A stretch of 63,878 nucleotides of DNA, counting the filler, from Porpidia crustulata (Eukaryota): NCBI GenBank assembly GCA_964255105.1. It is 3 parts of 3 records of this genome, joined end to end, with 100 filler letters (N's around TTAATTAATTAA, not from the genome) between each part and the next. Parts side by side here need not be neighbours in the genome. Positions count along the whole stretch, not along the records: positions 1 to 21,620 come from CAXUWE010000101.1; positions 21,721 to 43,245 come from CAXUWE010000102.1; 1 more part is not named here. One strand, given 5' to 3'. Within the stretch, counting starts at the first letter, position 1. The number at the start of each line of letters is the position of its first letter. The notes beneath the pieces were generated by a model that was not told where the DNA came from, made no database searches, and saw only the letters and a list, made by a program, of their open reading frames with translations. Made by a program: the position numbers and the translations under genes. This document shows, in pieces, positions 13,101 through 23,722 of the stretch.

Positions 13101-16100
13101 CATCGGTAACTTCCTCAACCTGCTGCCACTGCGGCTCTCGATGGCCCTAAGCCGGCCTCTCTCGTCTTTGGTCAAGGAAACTAAGAGCAAAGTTCTGTCG
13201 GCTCTTGCTCATTCTTCGGTTCCCTTTGATGTGATCTTGGACGATGTTGGCGTGCGGCGCAGTCCTACGCAAAGCCCTCCGTTTCAAGCATTTATCGACT
13301 ATCGCCATGTAGATGAAGTTCAACCGTTTGGAAAAGGGCAGCTGAAGGGTAAAGAGTATGCGCTTAGCAAAACTCCGTACGATATCATGTTGGACATTAT
13401 CGATGCCCCAATTGGAGCTGCATATATAAACATGATGACCCAAGAAGACCTGTACACAGCCGAGGAGGCACATTTACTTCTCAGCTGCTACATCAGCTTG
13501 CTGACAGCACTCACTCAAGACACAGGCCTGACTGCAGATGGGGTGAGTATGTTCAATTTCCAGGAGGTGGATCAGGCTCTCAAGCTGGGTCAAGGTATGT
13601 CATAAACCTTGAGTAATCAATCACGCTGCCCAACAATCAAAGTGTCGTTAGCTGATCCGCGGTCATCAAAGGACAAATCATAGAGATCAACAAGGGAAAT
13701 TACCTCAATGAGATCGATGAAATAGCCGCGAGCCAGCCAGACTCAGTTGCGCTGAAGGACGGTAGCGGCAACCAGCTCGACTGGGCACAAATGGTCTCCA
13801 GGTCTTACGCTGTAGCGCAAGCTCTTAAAGAGCTAGACATGGCAGGGTCGGCGTCTTACAACAACCTACGGTCGATTGGCTTGTGTGTATTCTGGGAATT
13901 TGGAGAGCAGGGTGTTCCTACGTTCCTTTAGAGACTACTCAGGGGATAGGCCGACTTAATAAAGTTGTACACGAAGCCCAGCTTGCAGTCATCATCTTCC
14001 ATGATGAAACATTTTTTGAACCTCGCAGAAATTGGATGGACAGAAAGCGCTGCTACAATAAACGCCTCTCGCATACCAGCCAAAATTGTCTCTACCAAGA
14101 ACTATCCAGCGCAGGTTTCTGCGGAAGACGAAGCGATGGTGTTCTATACCAGCGGGTCCACGGGCATCCCAAAGGTATGGCATACCCCACCTCCTCTAAT
14201 AAGCGTACCGAGCTGACCGTAGTGCTACAGGGCATCGCTATCCCGCATCGCGCAGTGTCAAATTGCATCATCAGTTTCCTCCATCGCTGGCCAATGTCGC
14301 CTCAAACAGTTCTGCAGCAAGTACCTCTCAGCTTTGACGTGTCATGGTGGACTGCGCTTCTTGGTCTTGCTACAAAAGGGAAAGTGGTCGTCGCTGTTCA
14401 AGCGGCTCGGAGGGACCCGCAAGCGTTGACGAAGCTCATTATATCAGAAGAGATCACCCTGAAATTCGCCGTCCCTTCAGAGACAATTTCTTGGCTCCAG
14501 GCTGGAGATTTAGACGAGTTGCGAAATTCAAACTGGGTCTGGCATTTCTCCGGCGGCGAGCCATACAGCTTCAATCTCGTACAGCATCTGCAGACTTTAC
14601 GAAAGCGTTCCCTTCGGGCCATCAATGTGTATGGTCCGACAGAGGCGATGATCCCTGCCGCGCACAAGGTGCTTTACGATATGATCTCTGCCGATGACAT
14701 GCCGGTTCCAATCGGTCAAGTCCTACCGAACTACAGTGTCTACGTGGTTGACGAGCAGGATCATCCTGTACCTGCCGTGATTCCAGGTCATTTCGTCTTT
14801 GCTGGCGCCGGAATCGCGAGCGGATACGTCAATGACCCCTCTTCGTCTGCAATGAGATTCCCTATCGACAATCGTGCAAGACCAGACTTCGTTCGCCAAG
14901 GTTGGCGTCATGTCCACCGCAGTGGCGATCATGGCTATCTACGAAAGTCCGATGGTATCTTGGTGCTACAGGCCCGCATAAACAGAGACACGCAAGTGAA
15001 GCTACGGGGCCTCCGCATGGATATGATGGACATTGAAGCAAACTTGATTTCTGTTGGGAAGGGCAAGATATCAGAGGCGGTTGTTCATGTACGGAAACCG
15101 AAGGACGACGATTCGAGCACACACTTTCTTCTGGCGCATGTCGTGCTTACCGAAGAGGCCTTGGCGCTCTATCCCAGTGATGAAGAAAAGGTCGCATTCT
15201 TGGGTCGGGTTGTGATGGAACTTCCGTTGCCGATGTACATGCGGCCAGCCAGAATTGTTCATGTCCAGTCTCTGCCACTCAATCATCACGGCAAGGTGGA
15301 TCGTAAGGTCATTTCTACTTTACCTCTGGGTCAGACTCCTACACAGGATGATTCAATTTTGGAATCAGGCAGAGCCCAAATTAACAACCAGATCAGGATG
15401 AAAGGCCTCTGGCAACAGGTGATAGGCGAGACTATTCGATCGCACCTACTCCAGGCGGATACCGACTTCTTTCTAGTCGGTGGTAATTCACTGTCGCTGA
15501 TCCGGATTCAGCGCGAAATAAAGAAGGAGTATGGTGTTGACGTGCCGCTGGTTCAACTCTTCCAACGAACTACCCTTAGACAGATAACGTCATTGCTAGA
15601 TACGACGGACAGAAGCCAACCAGGGATCCAAGCTGCATACATTGACTGGTCAGAGGAGATCAGATTGAACCCGGATATTGAGAATATATGTGCGCCTGTC
15701 TTAGCTAAGCCAAGGAGCGAGGGTAGTATTGTCGCTCTGACAGGCGCTACTGGCTTCCTCGGACGTGCCCTTCTCCAGCGACTAGTAGACGCGCCACATA
15801 TTTTGAGGGTGTACTGCCTAGCCGTTCGGAATCCCGAGCGCCTTGCCAGTATCTCATCAAAGAAACTCGTCATCTGCCAAGGAGATCTTTCCTATCCGAA
15901 TCTTGGTATGGGTCCAATGGAAGCACAAACTGTGTTCTCCACGACCGATATAGTCATCCATAACGGCGCAGATACCTCCTTCATGAAGTCCTACGCTACC
16001 GTAAAAGGCGTCAATATGACCTCCACAAGAGATATTGCTCGCCTAGCACTCCGACACGGCCACGTAAGTCACCTTCATTATGTTTCGACTGCCGGCATTG

Positions 16101-16693
16101 CGACTCAGCTGGGCCATGACCTTTATAACGAGCCTTTGGGCTCTTTGCCACCTAGTGCGAGTACCGAAGGCTATGTACTTTCTAAGTGGGCTTCCGAGCT
16201 CTTCCTAGAGAACGTTAGCTCTGCCACAGGACTCCGTCTGACAATTCATCGACCAACCGCCATTGTGGGGCCTGAGGCTCCACGATTGGATGTAATGCAT
16301 AACGTCCTACATTTCTCTGAGAAACTTGGCGCCGCCCCACAAATGACGGCAATCGAGGGAACATTCCAATTTGTAGGAGTAGACATTGTAGCTCAAGAAA
16401 TGCTGGCAATGTTGCTAGCTCCACCACAAACACCGCTTGCCTACTACAGGAACCACTGTGGATCGCCCGATGACACAATCAGAGTCAACGACCTTGGTCG
16501 GTACTTGAGCCAAAAGCTCAATGCAGCTGTGATGACACTTCCAGACTCCGAATGGATCAAGTCCGCCGAGACGGCTGGACTCGGGCCTGAGGTCGCGAGT
16601 TATCTACAGGATATCGCCACCACCTATACGGGAGGCCAGAAATGAGTATTCCCAACGATTTGGGATAACGCAAGGCCGAAAATGAAAGTATGA
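4182..16693 (+). pseudogene. Hybrid highly reducing PKS-NRPS (KS-AT-DH-cMT-[ER0]-KR-ACP-C-A-T-R), pseudogenised
   Basis: Domain motifs: KS EPIVVIGSGCRFPGG/DTACSSS/HGTGT; AT GQGAQW/GHSS/AYHSHHM; DH HPLLG...GHQLQGQTVFP; cMT LEIGAGTGG; KR GLAGNGGLG; ACP LGIDSL; C; A YTSGSTGIPKG/NVYGPTE/QVKLRG; T FFLVGGNSL; R LTGATGFLG/YVLSKW. Introns at about 4635-4791, 10850-10906, 11603-11665, 13594-13671 and 14174-14230. In-frame stops at 5605, 5707, 9159 and probably 16643; frameshifts near 9130, 13840 and 14015. Confidence 0.9.
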
Positions 16694-17052
16694 AGGGAGA
16701 GCCTTGACAGAAATAAAAGTCGAGAAACTGGATGGTGCAGCGCAATTGTCAAGTTCTGGCACCGAAGCAAGGAGCTATGATGTTGCAGGCTCTCAGACTC
16801 ATCATGTGGGCAGGAGAGAGCACCAAGCTGTGTTGGAAGGGCGGCCGTCTGTGGGAGTCTTAGGAAGTGGCGATCGAAGAGATCATCCCTGCGCCCTTCC
16901 AGGATACTCGTCACCAAGGATAGCCATCCCGCGAACGGAGCATTGAAACTTGCAAAGAGGGGTTACAAGATCATATGTGTTGGCATACAGCGCTCCATGA
17001 CTTGATATCGTTGGGCGCTAGTTGAAAATTTCCGACTCTATCAGACTGGCCC

Positions 17053-17203
17053 TACTCGTGCAAACCCCCCAAACCTACGCCAAAAAAAAAGTTAATGTTA
17101 TTATAAAATAATTTTAATAANNNNNNNNNNCCGCCTCACATAGGGTTAGGGTTATATCGACTAATTTTGACTAGCGCGGACCGTTGGGGGGTTTGCACGA
17201 GTA
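17053..17203. mobile_element. TA-bounded element C with perfect 20-bp TIR, telomeric core and internal assembly gap
   Basis: TACTCGTGCAAACCCCCCAA (17053-17072) and TTGGGGGGTTTGCACGAGTA (17184-17203) are exact reverse complements. TAGGGTTAGGGTTA at 17141-17154. AT-rich sequence and 10 N lie inside. Confidence 0.75.
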
Positions 17204-18240
17204 CCTAAGGTCGCGTCCACAAGAACTCCAAGACATTGCTTTTGACATTGAATTATCTTTTCACTCTTGTTGTTTCTGCAAGCGCCTAGATGACATGTTG
17301 ATACCAAAACAAATTAAATGAAATCTTGATAATTTTGACATGATCATCAATGTTGGTATACTCAACGGCTCGCCCGCTAGATTAGAGTAACAGTCCAAGG
17401 AAGAATGAGAAGAGATAAGCGTGGTGGGCCGATGATCGCATATAATGAACGAGAATCCAAAGAGGACAAGCGAGTAGGGAGGGAGGCCCTACCGTTCATG
17501 CATGAGGATAGCCACTGACAGTGCAGCCTTGTGCGCATGCGTCCAGCGGGTAGGCCTGAGGGGCACTTTCAGCCCACCTGCAACAGACAGCTTCAGCCTC
17601 ACTGCCTAGAATAGTCAACGGCCAACACCAGTACTGCACAAAAAGAAAGAAGAAAACAGACCGACAAAAGGAAGAAGAAGAAAACAAAAAGAAGCCATGT
17701 GCACCCATGGAGATTGTTTCTCCCCTCATCGCAAAGCCAACTAGAAATGCTAGATCTCTCAAGATAATCCATACGCTAAGAGCAGGCACGTATTGACTCA
17801 CTCGCTGAGTCGTTGACACTGGTCTAAGGTATGCACACAAACAGTTTCTTTAGCTCCATAAGGCTTTGTGAGACTACATATCTTGCTTCTGATATCCTTC
17901 ATCTATCAATTTATCGTTAATTGTTAACACTCCCGGGACTGGCTAGGAGGCAGGGATCTCAATTCATATGAGGTTTATCTTGACAACCTTGGCCAGCATC
18001 TGCCCCTAAATATTATACGTCTGGTCAGCTGAATCCTCAAATCGTTCACAATTTTCAGCGGATTGCAATCAAGATCAGGATTTTTGCTAAATATTCACTT
18101 AGACTTACCCCATAGAACTCATTCTGTTACTTTCCTTCATTCATTATTGGTAGAGTTGGGATGCAAAGAATTACCTAATTTCATTACCAAACACTTCTAA
18201 CACCGTAAACACTTGCCATTTTATCTAGTCGATACTCAAA

Positions 18241-21141
18241 ATGTCGGATGATTCCAGAGTGCGATCAGCTCTCTCTGAGGTGGATGAAAGTTTCCTGGAG
18301 GGGGCACGCAGACTTGAGCAGGACGACTTTGGAACTGCTCTAATCGCATCCACTTGCAATGCCGAGTGGTCTCCAACATCTGATCAAGAACGCCAGACTG
18401 TGAGACGGCAACGAGACGCTTATAACAAGGCAAGAGACGTTCAGGAGAATGCTGAAATGGAGCGAGCTACCCAAGAATCATTAGAATCGCCGTCGTGGGC
18501 CTCGCCGACGCGGAAAACTCACAACTCTGCCCCTCTCATCGAAGAGCGTATCCATGATATGGTCGCGAAACTTGATCACGGTGTGCCCTCGCTTTGTGTT
18601 GCAAATGGGGATACTTGGGTGTTTATAGACCCACCACCGCGGCAAGCGGACCATAATGACGAACGCTACAATATTTACATCCAGCGCTATGAAGAGCCTT
18701 TAGTCGTGCGATCGCAGAATCTTTTGCAGCTTGGCTCATCATTTTTCGAGAAAGAATTCTCCTCGACTAAACAGTACCGATTAATTCGCCGTCGGGGCCT
18801 TGTCGGGAAATTACCGATGGGAATCAAGTTTGTCCTTGACCTTACTCCTCCAATGGAGGGCGAAGACGCTGTGTACTTGACCACCGAACTCTGTTGTCCC
18901 AAAGGAGTGATCGGTTGGTTTCAGTCGAAGAAGCGATGGGGAATATCTAATACGCTTGTCGGAGGCCCAGAGGAATACGCAGACGGCAAATCAGTTAGCA
19001 CATCTACTCTTCCTGACGGTAGTGAGATTCCCCTGCCTCTGGAGTATACGCCATTGAGGCATCGCGCTGCGATCGAGCGAGTCATGGTCGCCATACATGA
19101 TAAGGATCCGCAAATAGACTCCGCGGTAAAACTTTGGACCACTTTCGCTGTGGCAAAGTATTTCGACATTCCAAAGAGTCCACTGACCGATTACATTGTA
19201 CGCTGGCTCCGTGCATATCCTAATTCTTACTTCGTCGAAGTATTACCAGAAGTGAGTCTTAAGATTGCCGACGGTCTCCAATGTGAGCAGCTCTGCCGAG
19301 ATGTATTTGCGATTTTAGTCGGTGAAGAAGCCCTGGGCACCATTAGGAGGTCTATCGAGGGGAAATCTTCCAACTTGTACAGTGTGCATTGCCGTAGAAG
19401 GGACGACTTGCCAGAGGTCTATCAGACTCGTGTCGAGTATGCTAGCAAAGCCCTTCTCGAAAGGATCACAACGCTGTTCGAGGGTCTGACGGATGTTGAG
19501 ATGTCATGGATCGCAGAACTACCAGAATATCAAAAGCTCCTTTCAATCAACCTACCGGATGTCGCAAACTCGGAAACGTTAGCCTCCTTGAAAGCTCACC
19601 TCAAGGCATATGTTCGGGGAGCTATCATGAAGCTTCTATGTTCGAATTTTTTTCAAATACCCAACGCCAAAGATACTGTAATCACGAATGACGATTTGTA
19701 CCCTAAGACAACTTGGACGGAAACGTGGAACACTTTACATCCTCGCGAGCGAACCATGACTCGCTCCTTTTGGCGTGCTCTCCGGCAGCAAGAAATCTAC
19801 CGTGGGGCTTCCAATTTTGATATTGGAGACCACATGATTAATTCTCTCCATAGTCTTGATCCTACTATGACTGCTGATGAGGAGACACTACTACAACAAG
19901 AAGTCTTCCGCAAGGTCTCCAGAATGGAAATTGATGACCTAGGTTTTGAGTTAAACGCTTTATTGTATGCGGACAAAGACCAACATCCAGACCACGAACC
20001 TTTAGCAATCAGAAACGCAGATATACTGGGCAAAACTTCAAGCAACGAGGTTACTGAGCCAGGCAATTTTAATGACTCGACTTTCGCAAATCCGAATTCA
20101 GGATCGGCTTCAGCTCCAAGCCCCAGATGGCGGCGAATTGCACGAGCTATGGATCCAAGCTTCAAAGGCCGTGCTGAGAGTGCGAACGATATCGATGATG
20201 TCAACGCGGCAAGCGGCGCTCTCAAGACCCCCATGGAAGCACGCAAGAAGGGTTCGATTTTACAAGCGCGGCGCTTTTTCCAGCTTCATGCATTCTTGGA
20301 CGAGGCTCAAGCTTATATTAGCGGTCTGTGTGACCGTATGCTTGGGAACGGCGACAATCACAACCCATTTGAACTGGATCTGACCGATACACTCATCTGC
20401 CTCGAGGATACCGAGTGGAAATACCTACCTATCTGGGCGAATGGAAATGATGATGGATCTGGCGGAGTGTACAATGATGAAGTGCCTTTTGCCAATGGCG
20501 GTTTCTCTACGGCAGGACCACACGTACACACGCGCACTAGCAGCACCACGACGTCTAGTGACGGATACGAGGTCATCGGCAGCCAATCCGAAGACAGTAC
20601 ACGGAACACCTCTACCATAGTCAATGATGGTCGCTCTTCTGTGCTCCATCCGTTGAGAACGTATGCAATGAGCGAGAGCGACGAGTCCTGGAATAAACTT
20701 CCTACCGGACCTGGTAGCGATATTAGTGGCCTGGATGCTTTGACTGTCAATGATCATTCATCTCATACTAGCCAGACCTTTTCCGTCTCCGGCGAAGGCT
20801 TGATTGGGTCTGTAGCCGGAGATAACCGTACTGGGGAAGCATTGACGAGGTGGGAAACGGTCCCAATGGAGCATATGGAAACAGAAGCAGACCTACGCCC
20901 TAATTCTCCCACAGATCGCGAACTGGAACAAGAACTCAGCAATGCATTCATGGAAGCAGACGGCGACGACGACGATGATGACGATGATAATGATGACAAC
21001 GATGACATTGAAGTCGACAGCGATGACACCGCTACCGAGCTTGGTGATTTCGTTCCTGGCAACGAAGCTATCGATGATGAGCCAATGGCGGACTATGAAG
21101 CTAAGAGTGAAGACGAGGATGAGGACATGGTGGTCGTCTGA
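18241..21141 (+). CDS. Hypothetical fungal protein, 966 aa, acidic C-terminus
   Basis: Long uninterrupted ORF with globular-looking blocks (KFVLDLTPP.EGEDAV.L.TEL, IDSAVKLWT, EWKYLPIWANGNDDGSGGVY). No family recognised with certainty. Confidence 0.8.
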   Translation: MSDDSRVRSALSEVDESFLEGARRLEQDDFGTALIASTCNAEWSPTSDQERQTVRRQRDAYNKARDVQENAEMERATQESLESPSWASPTRKTHNSAPLIEERIHDMVAKLDHGVPSLCVANGDTWVFIDPPPRQADHNDERYNIYIQRYEEPLVVRSQNLLQLGSSFFEKEFSSTKQYRLIRRRGLVGKLPMGIKFVLDLTPPMEGEDAVYLTTELCCPKGVIGWFQSKKRWGISNTLVGGPEEYADGKSVSTSTLPDGSEIPLPLEYTPLRHRAAIERVMVAIHDKDPQIDSAVKLWTTFAVAKYFDIPKSPLTDYIVRWLRAYPNSYFVEVLPEVSLKIADGLQCEQLCRDVFAILVGEEALGTIRRSIEGKSSNLYSVHCRRRDDLPEVYQTRVEYASKALLERITTLFEGLTDVEMSWIAELPEYQKLLSINLPDVANSETLASLKAHLKAYVRGAIMKLLCSNFFQIPNAKDTVITNDDLYPKTTWTETWNTLHPRERTMTRSFWRALRQQEIYRGASNFDIGDHMINSLHSLDPTMTADEETLLQQEVFRKVSRMEIDDLGFELNALLYADKDQHPDHEPLAIRNADILGKTSSNEVTEPGNFNDSTFANPNSGSASAPSPRWRRIARAMDPSFKGRAESANDIDDVNAASGALKTPMEARKKGSILQARRFFQLHAFLDEAQAYISGLCDRMLGNGDNHNPFELDLTDTLICLEDTEWKYLPIWANGNDDGSGGVYNDEVPFANGGFSTAGPHVHTRTSSTTTSSDGYEVIGSQSEDSTRNTSTIVNDGRSSVLHPLRTYAMSESDESWNKLPTGPGSDISGLDALTVNDHSSHTSQTFSVSGEGLIGSVAGDNRTGEALTRWETVPMEHMETEADLRPNSPTDRELEQELSNAFMEADGDDDDDDDDNDDNDDIEVDSDDTATELGDFVPGNEAIDDEPMADYEAKSEDEDEDMVVV

Positions 21142-21366
21142 GGCGTAAGGCTGGAAGAACAATGGCGTCGAGGATTTGATAAAAGCGCAATAAAAGAGGT
21201 TATTGGGACCGGCGCTTGGAGTGAGATTTCATTAGACAATTCCGTTCGTATGCGACCATAGCTTCTTCAAATTACTGTTCTGCTCTGTCCAAGGTGTTGA
21301 TTATAGATTTTGCCTGTAGGATGATCTAAGACGTAAGATTTCAATGCGCTCTCCTCTACCATTCTA

Positions 21367-21434
21367 TACTCGTTTCCAGCCCTCATCGGACTATTACACC
21401 TAGGGTTAGGGTTATACGTAGTAAGATTCGAGTA
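21367..21434. mobile_element. TA-bounded mini-element D with telomeric core (68 bp)
   Basis: TACTCGTTTCCAGCCCTCAT...CCTAGGGTTAGGGTTATA...TTCGAGTA. Ends are TACTCG and CGAGTA; the left end matches the family's bipartite motif. Confidence 0.6.
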
Positions 21435-21620
21435 CCTGAAAGCCCCGAGGCATCTATCTACCCCTGCACCCCTCTAGCCCTGCTCGCCCTATGAGGCCGA
21501 AGAAATCCATGTACGAACCCATCAAGCACAACAGCCCAACCACCAACACCCACAAGCTCTCCGAAACCCACAATGAGTGCCCACAAAGCCTTCCTCTACA
21601 AACGCGGCACCCTCTACGAC

Positions 21621-21720
21621 NNNNNNNNNNNNNNNNNNNNNNNNNNNNNNNNNNNNNNNNNNNNTTAATTAATTAANNNNNNNNNNNNNNNNNNNNNNNN
21701 NNNNNNNNNNNNNNNNNNNN
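21621..21720. other. Artificial contig-joining spacer (N44-TTAATTAATTAA-N44)
   Basis: 100-bp N block with a central six-frame stop linker; identical to 43246-43345. Confidence 0.95.
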
Positions 21721-23282
21721 TCATCCCAATCCAGACACTCGATCCAGCTCTCCGGAACGCTAGTCAAGCCACAGGATACCGGAAATGGTTTAGACTGGAT
21801 CTTGGTGGTGCTTGGCAGGAAAAGGTAATCTTGGGAGTTTGTTTTTAGTGTCTGGGTTAGGGTGCGGTTTGTCTGGCTAGGGGCGTGTTAATATCGTTCG
21901 GGGCTCGATGACGTAGGATGTAGCATGGAGCACTTATTCATTGCAACTACCTTACCCAGTCTTCCCAACTCCCTTCCTCTCAAACTCATTTTTACATGCG
22001 TATCAACCATTCCAACACCAGCGAGCTCGGTGCCGTTCTTTTCCAAAGGCCCAAAAAATATCGCCAACTCAAATCCGATTTCAACACCCATTCTCTTTCG
22101 TCGAGCGCAATTTTCCGCTCCTTTTTCCTCACACTTTCCTGCTGAGATGCCGTGATCTCACGATCCCAGGGCTGCGATACTGTTCGGTTCGCGGGGGCAA
22201 GGTGTGCCTTCGTTGTCCTGCAAATCCCGGTCTGATGAATTTTTTAAGAAATTATTTAGGTTCTAAATGACTTTTTGATTTTACGGCAAGAACCGGGTAT
22301 GAAATTATCTACGAGAGAACTTAGAAAGATAAGCTGCAGTGCTTCCTGTCGACCACATTCCGACTAAAGTGAGACACAACTGAATAACAACCCCACAACG
22401 TCCCACGGCAGCGAAGGGCCACCGGCCTGTACATGTATCTACCAGACAATTACATGGGATCTTTGGATGAGGCGCAAAAAAAACCCATACCTGCATGTGT
22501 CTGGCACGGTGGGCCATGGAAATTACGAAAACATAGTAACTGACACTCGTGGACCAAATTCCTGGTCAAAACTTGGCCAGAATTTCGGATCTCGTAGTAA
22601 ATACATGAGTGGTTCATCGCGCTTCAGAGCTCCGGTGTGCGTAATATCTTGGACAAAACTGTTCGAAAGGTACATGCTTGGGGCGACTTACAGACAAAAC
22701 CATGATATATGTAATGAGACCTCCTGCGAAGGCTGTCTAGAAATGGAGGTGAAAGAGTAAGATATGAGAGATGGAGAGAGGAAGGGTATGGGGTCTCTGT
22801 CGATAAATATATCCCACGTATAGGAAAAATGAGATGCACATAGCCATTAGCTAACACACTGCCCCGTCACAATATCACATTCCTAGCCCGCAGTCAGCCA
22901 GTCCAGTAGGTTTGAATGCTCAACTCCCCCTTGACAATACTCCAGTCCACGCTCTACGCTTTCGTTATCCGGGCACAGTATCTAAATTCTAGCGGTCTTG
23001 CTCGATAACTATCGCCCTCGAATAGGCCCCGACACAGAGAGAATTGGAAATCTTCCGAAACTTAGGTAGTGAATTAAAAAATTTAAATGAAGCTATGCTC
23101 TGGATCAAGATAGGTTGCTATGTATGGATTTAGTAATTGAGGGTGGGGTGCGATGGTGTTAGATAATGGCAAGAAAAGAGTTGAGGGTGTCGGAATCGTC
23201 AGGTCGCGGTGACGGAACCTTGTATTTTGAGAAAATTGTTAAATTTATATAAATCTCTAAAGACCTAATTATTAGAAAGAAA

Positions 23283-23355
23283 GCTCTCATAGCGCAATTG
23301 GTAGAGCGTACGGCTTTTAACCGTAAGGTCCTGGGTTCGAGCCCCAGTGGGAGCA
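23283..23355 (+). tRNA. tRNA-Lys (anticodon TTT), intronless
   Basis: Acceptor stem GCTCTCA/TGGGAGC; D arm GCGCAATTGGTAGAGC; anticodon arm TACGG-CTTTTAA-CCGTA; T arm CTGGG-TTCGAGC-CCCAG; downstream TTTTT Pol III terminator. Confidence 0.95.
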
Positions 23356-23722
23356 GCTTTTTGGCATAAAAAGTTACTGTTGCATGCACGACCAAGTCTC
23401 TGGAATGAGCATTTCAGATTTATTTTTATTCTTACAAGTAAATTGGGAGTTATCCCTTCGAGACGTCGGAAACGTTGACTGGCATGAACTTTGAACCGAT
23501 CATGAGTGCTTCAGGATTCTTGTATTAACGATGGCGACGCTAATAAAAAAGGGTTAGAAAAGTAGATTATCGCGCTAGTCTACATGAGTGATTCCATTCG
23601 TCGAACGCCAAACAAATAGCTCACGATGGCTTCCTATGCCCATAATCATAGCTTGCTCGTAAAAAAATCCATGGAAGTGTGGTCATTAAACCAAAGACTC
23701 CGGAGACATGCAATGGACTCGG

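Noticed and set aside
20960..21030. GAC/GAT trinucleotide-rich run
   Set aside because: Encodes the ordinary acidic tail of the 966-aa protein.
21621..21720. TTAATTAATTAA palindrome within N runs (also 43246-43345)
   Set aside because: Artificial six-frame-stop spacer. It is not biological, and adjacency across it should not be interpreted.
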